This document shows positions 56,968 through 64,000 of a DNA stretch of 64,000 bases, in pieces. The translations under genes were made by a program, and so were the position numbers. Source of the stretch: an uncultured virus (IMG/VR IMGVR_UViG_3300028498_000018) (Duplodnaviria > Heunggongvirae > Uroviricota > Caudoviricetes). The notes under the pieces were generated by a model. It did not search any database, had not been told where the DNA came from, and saw only the letters and a list, made by a program, of their open reading frames with translations. Each line of letters opens with the position of its first letter. Position 1 is the first letter of the stretch. The stretch is from IMG/VR virus record IMGVR_UViG_3300028498_000018; one strand, given 5' to 3'.

Positions 56968-57581
56968 ACGGCCAACTGGGAGATCAAGTGCGTCTTCGTG
57001 ATTGCTTTGCGGGCGATCGTCATCCGCCCAGTGGTCTGAAGGTCGTCGTGCGCGTCCGCTACGCTCTGGGCCAATACAATACTGCGGTCGTCTTCGTACA
57101 CTTTATAGCCAACAGACACCACGGTCGCTGGCCCTTGGTGGCCCTTTTGTGTAGCGGCGATGCGCTCCCAGTCCGCAGACGGCTGCCGGCTGTCGTGCCA
57201 TTCAATCATCAGCAGTGGGTACGGCACAAACGTGATGTCGCGCAGAATGTTCTTCGGGGGCACACCGGCCACCTTTGGCCCTAGCAGCTTGTCAATGGTC
57301 GGTTCCAGTTTTGACCACCAGTTGGTTGTCGCTTTGAAGGATTCACCGCCGTCAAACGGGGGCGGGACGGTGCGGGCACCCTCGTCGATATAGTACGTTG
57401 CTTTGCCCGCGGCCTTCATCGATTTTAGCGCTTGAACAATAGAGCTTTGGTCGTGGCTTTGGGGGGCGGCTGTAGCGGGCGATAAGCCCACGCGTTTTTT
57501 AAGCTCGTTTATGCGGTCCGATGCTGCGGTCTCTTCTAGCTGAGTGAGCGCTTCCTTGAACGGGTCTGAGTACGTGTGCAT
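56964..57581 (-). CDS. hypothetical protein with common phage 'IEWxDS...SVGY' domain
   Basis: GAAAGG RBS before MHTYSDP; LMIEWHDS...VVSVGY...IVLAQS. Confidence 0.7.
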   Translation of the reverse strand: MHTYSDPFKEALTQLEETAASDRINELKKRVGLSPATAAPQSHDQSSIVQALKSMKAAGKATYYIDEGARTVPPPFDGGESFKATTNWWSKLEPTIDKLLGPKVAGVPPKNILRDITFVPYPLLMIEWHDSRQPSADWERIAATQKGHQGPATVVSVGYKVYEDDRSIVLAQSVADAHDDLQTTGRMTIARKAITKTHLISQLAV

Positions 57582-57606
57582 GGTTGGCCTTTCATTGTGG
57601 AGCCGC

Positions 57607-57635
57607 ATTCTGGCACGGGGCGGCCTGGTTGTCAA
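57607..57635 (-). promoter_or_regulatory. sigma70 promoter at head of leftward arm
   Basis: TTGACA-17 bp-CAGAAT with extended -10 TG. Confidence 0.7.
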
Positions 57636-57691
57636 CGGCTCTGGGGATCGCTGGCCGCGGGCGGTTTCGTTTACAACCTTGTCTGAGGGCC

Positions 57692-57850
57692 TGGAAAAAT
57701 TTTGGGGTCTGGGTTTGCACCGGGGGCTTGGAAAAATTTTGGGGGTCTGGGGATAGCCGGGGGCGACGGAGCTGTCGTGTGGAAGAGGTAGGGGTAAGAG
57801 GGACACCCCCGCCCCCCTATGCCGCGCCGACTCCCCACACCCCCCGCCCT
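57692..57850. repeat. direct repeat and G/C-run tract, candidate packaging/terminus region
   Basis: TGGAAAAATTTTGGGG(G)TCTGGG at 57692 and 57729; abrupt switch from G-runs to C-runs near 57800. Confidence 0.55.
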
Positions 57851-58163
57851 CTTCATCGTCGCCGCTCCACACACGATCGACCTGCTTCATGTTAGTAAGG
57901 ACTCACTATGATAAGCCTATGCAAAGCTTGACAAGCCTCAAGGCATAGGGAACGGGTACATTTAGAGGGTTTTAGTGGCCATAGGAGGCTCGCCACGCGA
58001 TTCTGTGGAGGGTCAAGCTACCTACCCACCACCCGAAAACCCGAAACGTTGGCAGGGCGCTATTACGCGGCTCCTACGATCTGCCATAGGTGAAGCCATG
58101 CGGCATAGGCATAAGGTTTGAAGCATAGGGGAACGGCCACGCTATGCGATCAAGGCATAACGT

Positions 58164-58747
58164 CGGAAAACCGCATGTAATAAGGGTTCGAACGTCGGAA
58201 AACTGACGTGATGAAGACATCGCGCGCCACGTTTCAAGGGTCCGGGCGTCAAACCAACCTCAAAATGTTGCACCGCAGCACAAAATCAGGCAAAAACCAA
58301 GGTTGTAAGGAAAGTTCAAACAACCCTAAAACCTCTGTAACAGCGGAAAACTCCGCTCCATGCGGTTTTCCGTTTTCTGTTACGCGATGTTACAAAATGT
58401 TGTAACAACAAAACTACTGTGCGTTAACCCAGCGTTTCACTCGGAAAACCGCATCCAGCAGTCACAAATTAGACTACCTTATTATTATTATTTGCTCTGT
58501 TACATGTTACAAACAAAATGTACTGGAGTGTCAGGGTTCGTTTTGTTTTGTTGGTCGTTCCCTCCTTCCATCCTCCTAAAACACCGACGAAAACTTTGTA
58601 ACAAGAAAACTCGACTTGTTTTGACGTAAGCCATTGAAACATAAGGGAAATTTTGTTACGCGGGTTTGTAACATCGTGAAACAAAGCGCCGAAAACCGCA
58701 TCCACACGTGAGAATTTTGTTACAAAACCAAGCGGCACTTTGTAACA
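58164..58747. repeat. iteron-like array
   Basis: 11 TGTWACR at 58336, 58378, 58388, 58401, 58498, 58505, 58597, 58654, 58667, 58718, 58741; CGGAAAACCGCAT at 58164, 58360 (inverted), 58442, 58689 (1 mismatch). Confidence 0.8.
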
Positions 58748-58850
58748 GGCTGGAAGCCCCTAAAATCAATGGTCCCGGTGCTGAACAGCTCAAGAATCGT
58801 TTAGGACCACGTAGAAACCACGCCAAAATCCACGTTTATTTTCGTTTCTA

Positions 58851-58892
58851 AGGGTTTCCCCTATCAAATCCATCGTTTTGCCGTGAGACATT
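58851..58892 (+). promoter_or_regulatory. early promoter 1 (palindromic box class)
   Basis: AGGGTTTCCCCT-24 bp-GACATT. Confidence 0.6.
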
Positions 58893-58934
58893 ACATACAT
58901 CGGCTCTAAGCCACAACACGAAAGCGAAACGATC

Positions 58935-59288
58935 ATGCAAAAGTTCATCCTCAATATCGGTCACGACACACGTTCAGGCAAGCTGCTTAATGCCGCACGC
59001 ATCGCCAAAATCGTTGAGTTGTTCGTGGGTTTCGAAGTCACACAGAAACGCGTGGTTGTTGGCGAATACAACGGCAAAGCGGAGAAAACCAGCGTCATCT
59101 TTTGTCAGACCAAGAACTATGCCGGGAGCGTAGTGTTCAACGCTATATCAGGCGAATGTGATCAGGAGTGTATAGCGGTCGTAGAGCTGGGGAGCCGCGA
59201 TAACTTCGGCTCGACAACCGCCGTGGGTGATCTGTACGGGCACAATCCTAGCGGGTTATCGTTTGACTGGGCACATTTCAGAATCTAG
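58935..59288 (+). CDS. early hypothetical protein
   Basis: First gene after promoter; LNIG...GEY..E...QECIAV. Confidence 0.7.
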   Translation: MQKFILNIGHDTRSGKLLNAARIAKIVELFVGFEVTQKRVVVGEYNGKAEKTSVIFCQTKNYAGSVVFNAISGECDQECIAVVELGSRDNFGSTTAVGDLYGHNPSGLSFDWAHFRI

Positions 59289-59290
59289 TC

Positions 59291-59361
59291 AGAATCTTGT
59301 TTGTATGCCCTACAACGGGCATACAGGCGGCGATTTTGCCGGTTAACGAAAGAATCATATG
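59291..59361 (+). ncRNA. structured intergenic element, copy 1
   Basis: TGTATGCCC-tacaac-GGGCATACA then CGGCGA-tt-TTGCCG then AACGAAAG. Confidence 0.6.
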
Positions 59362-59490
59362 TGCGCAAACGATGTTGCTACTTGCTACGCCGTCGTCTTC
59401 GGCGTAGCGTTCCTCCTCGCAAGCTTCGGGGCGACCGTCGGGATTGTGTGGTGTATCTGCGACATCCTGAAAAGCTGTCGCGGCCAATAG
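59359..59490 (+). CDS. small membrane protein (43 aa, not in ORF track)
   Basis: MCANDVATCYAVVFGVAFLLASFGATVGIVWCICDILKSCRGQ*; fills the space between two structured elements. Confidence 0.5.
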   Translation: MCANDVATCYAVVFGVAFLLASFGATVGIVWCICDILKSCRGQ

Positions 59491-59493
59491 AAC

Positions 59494-59566
59494 AGAATTC
59501 TGTCCGTGCGCCTACATGCTGGGCGCACAGGCGGCGATTTTGCCGGTTAACGAAAGAACCATCATG
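59494..59566 (+). ncRNA. structured intergenic element, copy 2
   Basis: GTGCGCCTA-catgc-TGGGCGCAC then CGGCGA-tt-TTGCCG then AACGAAAG. Confidence 0.6.
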
Positions 59567-59905
59567 GCCAACGACATCACAACCACAACGCCGCTTCCTC
59601 ATCTAGACCGTGACAACAAACGGGCGATCATCGCGTTCAGGACATCAAAAGCATCGGGAGGCGGACTATACGCGGCCGCGTCCGTGTATTTTCAAGACGG
59701 TCAATTCATCACGTTTGAAATATTCGGAGATTTTCGGGTCAACGTGAAGCGTGCGCCTGAACTGCGGGCGACGGCGAAGAACATCGCAAACCTTCATGCC
59801 GAAGCGTTCAACGCGGGCGCACAGGCGGCACTTATTGAACAGGCCAACGCTTTTTATGCGAACAAGGCGCAGTCAGACGCGAATCGTGCAAGGGTTGCCG
59901 CGTAG
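59564..59905 (+). CDS. early hypothetical protein
   Basis: Start MANDIT after element copy 2. Confidence 0.7.
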   Translation: MANDITTTTPLPHLDRDNKRAIIAFRTSKASGGGLYAAASVYFQDGQFITFEIFGDFRVNVKRAPELRATAKNIANLHAEAFNAGAQAALIEQANAFYANKAQSDANRARVAA

Positions 59906-59945
59906 GGTTTGCCCTAATGACAACACCGGGTCAACGCGCTACTGT
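59904..59945 (+). promoter_or_regulatory. early promoter 2 (palindromic box class)
   Basis: AGGGTTTGCCCT-24 bp-TACTGT. Confidence 0.55.
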
Positions 59946-59983
59946 TGACCCCTACACCACACACCACCAGCGGAGAATCTACT

Positions 59984-60259
59984 ATGAACATCATTAGCAA
60001 CAACACACCACGCGACCTTATTTCATTCGCCGATCTGCCGGCGGACGCACAGGCGGAGTTTGATTACGTCGGCACGGACGAACGCTACGTCTGCCGATTT
60101 GCCCGATATAAGGGCAACTTCTACGACGTGGGCGACATCGCGTGCGCACCGGACAGTTTGCCGGGATGGCACGGCATACAGAACGAGTCCTACTTCAGCG
60201 GCGTGTTGTTTCACCTGTTGCCAAATGAGCGGGTCATCGTCGGCGCTTATTTCAACTAA
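59984..60259 (+). CDS. early hypothetical protein
   Basis: GGAG RBS in repeat; MNIISNNTPRDL...GWHG...SYFSGVL. Confidence 0.75.
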   Translation: MNIISNNTPRDLISFADLPADAQAEFDYVGTDERYVCRFARYKGNFYDVGDIACAPDSLPGWHGIQNESYFSGVLFHLLPNERVIVGAYFN

Positions 60260-60287
60260 TCCACACAACACCAGCGGAGAATCTACT

Positions 60288-60632
60288 ATGAACGAAAACA
60301 TCGGTTACCACACGCGCCTATACACCGACAACTCGCAGAAGGTTGTAGGGGGAAGCTTCGGCGGACGGATCGACTCAGAAACCGTGGAGCGCCTAACCAA
60401 GGCGCACTTCTCGGTAGCCATCAAACCTAGCGGCACGGTTGTTTTCGTGGACAAACAAGGTAGGGAAGTGTGGTTGTATCTAACTGTTGACGCGGGATCG
60501 ACGACACAGGGGCGTGCGCTGGCTGTGCAGCACCGCAAGACGGTCGAAGCAGCTCAAGAGCAGCAACGAGTGCGGATCGATGAGCTGCTTGATTCGTTAA
60601 GCCCCGAAGAGATCATTGCTAGGCTGTCGTAA
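60288..60632 (+). CDS. early hypothetical protein
   Basis: GGAG RBS in repeat; MNENIGYH. Confidence 0.75.
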   Translation: MNENIGYHTRLYTDNSQKVVGGSFGGRIDSETVERLTKAHFSVAIKPSGTVVFVDKQGREVWLYLTVDAGSTTQGRALAVQHRKTVEAAQEQQRVRIDELLDSLSPEEIIARLS

Positions 60633-60667
60633 TCCCTACGCCACACACCACCAGCGGAGAATCTACC

Positions 60668-61072
60668 ATGAGAACACACGAACTAATCAACAAGGCGGCG
60701 GACTTGATCGAGGCAACGGGCTGGACGCAGGGCGCGGGCGCTCGCGATGCGTACGGGAACTGTTGTTTCGTTAACCCGGGAGCTAATGACCCCGAACCCG
60801 TTTGTTTCTGCGCAAGTGGCGCGATAACCCGCGTGTTCGCTATCGAGCGGCAAGGGTTCACCGCAGGCGGACAGAAACTAGAGTCTCGCGCCCACAAAGC
60901 GCTGAACGCGGCAACGAGTTATCTCGACATCATCGCGTTCAACGACGCGCCGGGGCGCTCCGCCGATGAGGTCGTGGCGGTCCTACGCACGACGGCGGCC
61001 AAGCTTGCGGCGGAGGAAGAGGCGGTGGACGCAGCGCTACTGACTGAATTGCAACAGGGCACTACACAGTGA
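60668..61072 (+). CDS. DUF6197-like hypothetical protein
   Basis: AADLIE..GWTQG, FCASGAI, FNDAPGR..EVV..LR. Confidence 0.7.
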   Translation: MRTHELINKAADLIEATGWTQGAGARDAYGNCCFVNPGANDPEPVCFCASGAITRVFAIERQGFTAGGQKLESRAHKALNAATSYLDIIAFNDAPGRSADEVVAVLRTTAAKLAAEEEAVDAALLTELQQGTTQ

Positions 61073-61287
61073 AGCCTAGAAACGCAAGCACAATCAGCGA
61101 CGGGGCACTGCGGACTCTCCTTAGAGGGTTTGCGCTGCTCCTTAATGTGGAGATAACAGAGACCCCGGATAAGGTCGTTGTAATCGAAACGCATCTGCGG
61201 CGGGGCGTCATAGTCACGCTAACGGCGCAGCGACGGGGCAACGTGTGGGACATCGAGGTTGTAGTCGTGCCCCTGAAAGACATCTAG
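61069..61287 (+). CDS. early hypothetical protein
   Basis: GTGA overlap. Confidence 0.55.
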   Translation: MKPRNASTISDGALRTLLRGFALLLNVEITETPDKVVVIETHLRRGVIVTLTAQRRGNVWDIEVVVVPLKDI

Positions 61288-61356
61288 AGTTCTGTCCATG
61301 TGCCCGCATCGGGTACATCGGCGGTAATTTTACCGGGCAACGAAAGGCTGATCATG
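61286..61356 (+). ncRNA. structured intergenic element, copy 3
   Basis: ATGTGCCCG-cat-CGGGTACAT then CGGTAA-tt-TTACCG then AACGAAAG. Confidence 0.6.
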
Positions 61357-61524
61357 TGGACGATATACGATAGAAAAGAGGGCTGTTATGTTGGCAAACC
61401 CTACGGCAACCGGCGGCGGGCACAGTCTCGCGCTGAACGACTGGACCTGATATATGGGGCCTATCGCTACAACGTGCGGGCACTTACGAAACCCGAAACG
61501 AGCGAGGCAAGCTATGTTGACTGA
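61354..61524 (+). CDS. early hypothetical protein
   Basis: MWTIYDRK...AERLDLIYGAYRY. Confidence 0.65.
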   Translation: MWTIYDRKEGCYVGKPYGNRRRAQSRAERLDLIYGAYRYNVRALTKPETSEASYVD

Positions 61525-61663
61525 GACGCAACGACGCAAACCCTATGTAAAGCCCATTACATATAACGGCGTGTTAGTCGGTTGGCGCGTATACGTGCGC
61601 CATGCAAATAGCCTGTTTGGCGCATCATTTCTTAAACATATCTGGAAAGAACCAACAAAATGA
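61514..61663 (+). CDS. early hypothetical protein
   Basis: GAGG RBS, MLTETQRRK; ATGA-coupled to the next gene. Confidence 0.45.
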   Translation: MLTETQRRKPYVKPITYNGVLVGWRVYVRHANSLFGASFLKHIWKEPTK

Positions 61664-62375
61664 AAACCAACAAAGTTCAACAGTGGACCGCAAAACTAAA
61701 CAGCGGATTTTTAGATGGCGTATTTTGGACGCCAACGGATACCGCTTCATTGAAGCGAGCAACAAACAATTCAAACCGGACGCTAGAAGTCACGGCGCAA
61801 GACATAGAGGGCCTGATCGAGGCGGCCAACGAGCTGGACAAACNNNNNNNNNNNNNNNNNNNNNNNNNNNNNNNNNNNNNNNNNNNNNNNNNNNNNNNNN
61901 NNNNNNNNNNNNNNNNNNNNNNNNNNNNNNNNNNNNNNNNNNNGTCACGGCGCAAGACATAGAGGGCCTGATCGAGGCGGCCAACGAGCTGGACAAACCG
62001 CTGCCGGTCAACGGACACCACGAAGACAAAGCGTTCAAATTTTGGCGCGACACCGTTTTAAAACCCGACGGCGGACTGCGTAGGACGGCGGAGGTTAAGA
62101 GCCTCAGCACGGCGGAGCTGAAGGTCATCCTTGCGTATCTTGAGTGGCACGCGGGGAAAAAATACTTGGTTGCCGACGAACAAGTCAATCGCCCGCATCA
62201 TGCGTTCAACGGGTTACATGACGCCACCAGCGAAGCGAGATACCGGCATAGCGGAGGGTTAACGCGTGACGTGGTCCCCGTGTGGCGCATGATCGTTCCG
62301 GGCGTGGGTTATCTGGACTATACCTACGGCGGCACGCTGGCGATTCTTCAGGTGGTACTAACCGAAGCAGAATAA
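61660..62375 (+). CDS. early hypothetical protein split by a spurious scaffold gap (186 aa once collapsed)
   Basis: Removing the 100 N and one copy of the 55-nt duplicate gives a continuous 561-nt frame. Confidence 0.65.
61789..61998. other. assembly gap (100 N) flanked by an exact 55-nt duplicate
   Basis: 61789-61843 = 61944-61998. Confidence 0.9.
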
Positions 62376-62387
62376 TTTTAAGGCTTG

Positions 62388-62429
62388 CGGGTTTTCCCTA
62401 ATGTAATTCATTGAGAACCCGCAGACAAT
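62388..62429 (+). promoter_or_regulatory. early promoter 3 (palindromic box class)
   Basis: CGGGTTTTCCCT-24 bp-GACAAT. Confidence 0.6.
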
Positions 62430-62459
62430 AGAGTTATCAACACAAACAGGACAACGATC

Positions 62460-62627
62460 ATGACAACGGAAAGAACGATTCAAGGAGCATGGCGCGTCTC
62501 GGACGTGATCGACGGCCAGCTCGAAACCCGGCAGTATTTTGGGTACACGAAACGCGAAGCTGTCGAAGCATTTAAGGTGGTCATTGCTGACGCACAATCT
62601 AAAATCATCAGGGAGCAACGCGCATGA
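62460..62627 (+). CDS. early hypothetical protein (55 aa, not in ORF track)
   Basis: AGGA RBS; MTTERTIQGAWRVSDVIDGQLETRQYFGYTKREAV. Confidence 0.65.
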   Translation: MTTERTIQGAWRVSDVIDGQLETRQYFGYTKREAVEAFKVVIADAQSKIIREQRA

Positions 62628-62920
62628 ACACAACAGAATTCGGCGGACGCGTTGAGTCCGTGTATGACCCTGAACTCCACGACGGAGACCTTGAGAACGT
62701 ACATGCTATTTGTCTGGACTTCGATGGCAGCATCATCGACTCTGATGATGACCTAGAGTTCATGGAGTTCGGCGATTACTTCAGCGTCTTCCTGCACTTG
62801 CGCGACGGCGGCATGGACTGCGTCGGCAACTTCAAAACCCTGAAGGAAGCGCAAGCTTACCGCGACGGGCACGCAACCAATTACATCAATGGACAACGCA
62901 ATGAACACCAAAATATTTGA
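62624..62920 (+). CDS. acidic early hypothetical protein
   Basis: GGAG RBS, ATGA overlap. Confidence 0.65.
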   Translation: MNTTEFGGRVESVYDPELHDGDLENVHAICLDFDGSIIDSDDDLEFMEFGDYFSVFLHLRDGGMDCVGNFKTLKEAQAYRDGHATNYINGQRNEHQNI

Positions 62921-63164
62921 CAAGTACGGGCGAATCACCCGGCACGACACGGACCACCAGCTGCTGCGCGACTATGCGCGGGTCAACATTGTAAACACGG
63001 TTGAGATCATAGCCAACGGCACCGGCACCGCGACGGTCGTGGTGGCGTACGCCAACGGGGCAACGGGCACATCCCAGAATCTGACACTGGCAGACGCAAA
63101 CCAGTTCTGCGTCGGCCGCAACGGGTTCCCGCACGCAATAGTTCGCGCAGAGGTAACAGTATGA
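62901..63164 (+). CDS. early hypothetical protein
   Basis: GGA RBS before MNTKIF. Confidence 0.6.
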   Translation: MNTKIFDKYGRITRHDTDHQLLRDYARVNIVNTVEIIANGTGTATVVVAYANGATGTSQNLTLADANQFCVGRNGFPHAIVRAEVTV

Positions 63165-63406
63165 CGAGGGCCCAAAAAATAAACGTGTGGCTCGCTGCCG
63201 TTGAGGCGGTGAACTACACCTCAGTGCCGTACGGCATAAAAATCGCGGTCGCAGTTGATGTTGCCAAGGCGCTTAGGTTTCAAGCGTACCGAGCGCCGCT
63301 TGGGTCTCAAGCAGCGGAGTGTGTCGAACTGTACGCGGTTCGGGGCATTTGCCCGATCAAACGAATTGCGCACACTTCATTTGTCGTAAACCCTTCGAGG
63401 AACTAA
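63161..63406 (+). CDS. early hypothetical protein
   Basis: GAGG RBS, ATGA overlap. Confidence 0.6.
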   Translation: MTRAQKINVWLAAVEAVNYTSVPYGIKIAVAVDVAKALRFQAYRAPLGSQAAECVELYAVRGICPIKRIAHTSFVVNPSRN

Positions 63407-63407
63407 T

Positions 63408-63845
63408 ATGTCAATCAAATTTTTATCGCTCTGGGCGGACGTACCAGAGCAGACCATCGAAGCGGGCCGACGTTTGTCCACACTTGGCCTGCAATGCGAT
63501 GCCTTTGGGCACATTAACTATGCCGCGACACCATCACGGCACTATGCCGGGCACTCAGCGGACGGTGGCGGCGTTCAACAGCACTCGTGCGGCGCGGACT
63601 ATCCCTATGTGATCGGGCAACGTGAGACGGGCCTAGAAGACGGCACCGTGTACCACTACGTGGTCGGCGGACGCGCAGGAAGCACGCCTAACATCCTCTT
63701 CAGCACTTTGGAGCGGGCCCGGCAGTTCGTTGGGTTCCTGAAGGCGAGTGACATACTGGACGCACAGGACGCATCAGACCGACGCGCAGGTAAACATATT
63801 GCGGCGGCGATTCAGCTCGCGGCAGTTCGCGCTCTGGGGCACTGA
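63408..63845 (+). CDS. early hypothetical protein
   Basis: GAGG RBS. Confidence 0.65.
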   Translation: MSIKFLSLWADVPEQTIEAGRRLSTLGLQCDAFGHINYAATPSRHYAGHSADGGGVQQHSCGADYPYVIGQRETGLEDGTVYHYVVGGRAGSTPNILFSTLERARQFVGFLKASDILDAQDASDRRAGKHIAAAIQLAAVRALGH

Positions 63846-63846
63846 G

Positions 63847-64000
63847 GTGATCAAAGCAATAACCGCATACATCACAGAAGACGAGCATATTTTCTCTACT
63901 CATAAGGAGGCAGAGGAGCACGAGACTGAGATGGCGGACGTGTCACTGCGAGACGCCATCACTTCTTTTTTGTCGGCCAACTACCGCGAAGGGAGCTTGG
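63847..64000 (+). CDS. hypothetical protein (partial, runs off the window)
   Basis: GTG-IKAITAYITEDEHIFSTHKEAEEHE open to the window end. Confidence 0.55.
   Translation, partial: MIKAITAYITEDEHIFSTHKEAEEHETEMADVSLRDAITSFLSANYREGSL

Larger units (their letters stand above)
59957..60671 (+). repeat. three start-associated 31-nt repeats
   Basis: CCACACA(C/A)CACCAGCGGAGAATCTAC(T/C)ATGA at 59957, 60261, 60641. Confidence 0.9.

Noticed and set aside
57582..57890. N-terminal extension of ORF 56964..57890
   Set aside because: Runs through a promoter and low-complexity repeats; RBS and promoter support the start at 57581
58208..58738. Short ORFs in the iteron region
   Set aside because: Composition reflects the DNA repeats; no RBS or protein-like features
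59957..60671. 31-nt repeats as a CRISPR array
   Set aside because: Intervening sequences are whole genes of 270-350 nt, repeats contain RBS+ATG, and no cas operon is present; the Cas4-like gene is a normal phage exonuclease
59291..61356. Hairpin elements as hammerhead ribozymes or intrinsic terminators
   Set aside because: GAAA is present but the CUGANGA core is not; no U-tract follows the stems
61789..61998. Tandem 55-nt repeat around the N run
   Set aside because: An exact 55-nt overlap plus 100 N is typical of a k-mer scaffolding artefact; collapsing it restores one ORF

Overview
The window is most of the genome of a tailed dsDNA phage with a podovirus-type gene set (portal, scaffold, MCP, adaptors, nozzle, ejected proteins; no tape measure or sheath) infecting a Gram-negative host (i/o-spanins, lambda-type lysozyme). 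No integrase, tRNA or CRISPR was recognised. + strand 1-13.7 kb: replication and nucleotide metabolism (end of PolA, Cas4-like exonuclease, VRR-NUC, SNF2 helicase, SSB-like protein, double-HTH regulator, primase-DUF927 helicase, class II RNR, ThyX, dATP/dGTP diphosphohydrolase, cysteine protease). - strand 13.7-57.6 kb: packaging, morphogenesis and lysis. 57.6-58.9 kb: repeat-rich non-coding divergence region. + strand 58.9-64 kb: small early genes. Most notable, all read by eye: (1) two parallel fibre cassettes built on an anchor/extender/tip 'plug-and-socket' logic that could give self-extending or branched fibres, plus a possible third; (2) three promoter classes, including early promoters with a palindromic box a fixed 24 bp from the -10, and 18-bp-spacer late promoters that appear to make leaderless mRNAs; (3) a covarying, switch-like structured RNA element repeated before early genes; (4) very Cys-rich outer virion proteins versus Cys-free ejected proteins, with a small CxxC membrane protein in the head operon. 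Functional calls rest on motif recognition and synteny only; no searches were run.
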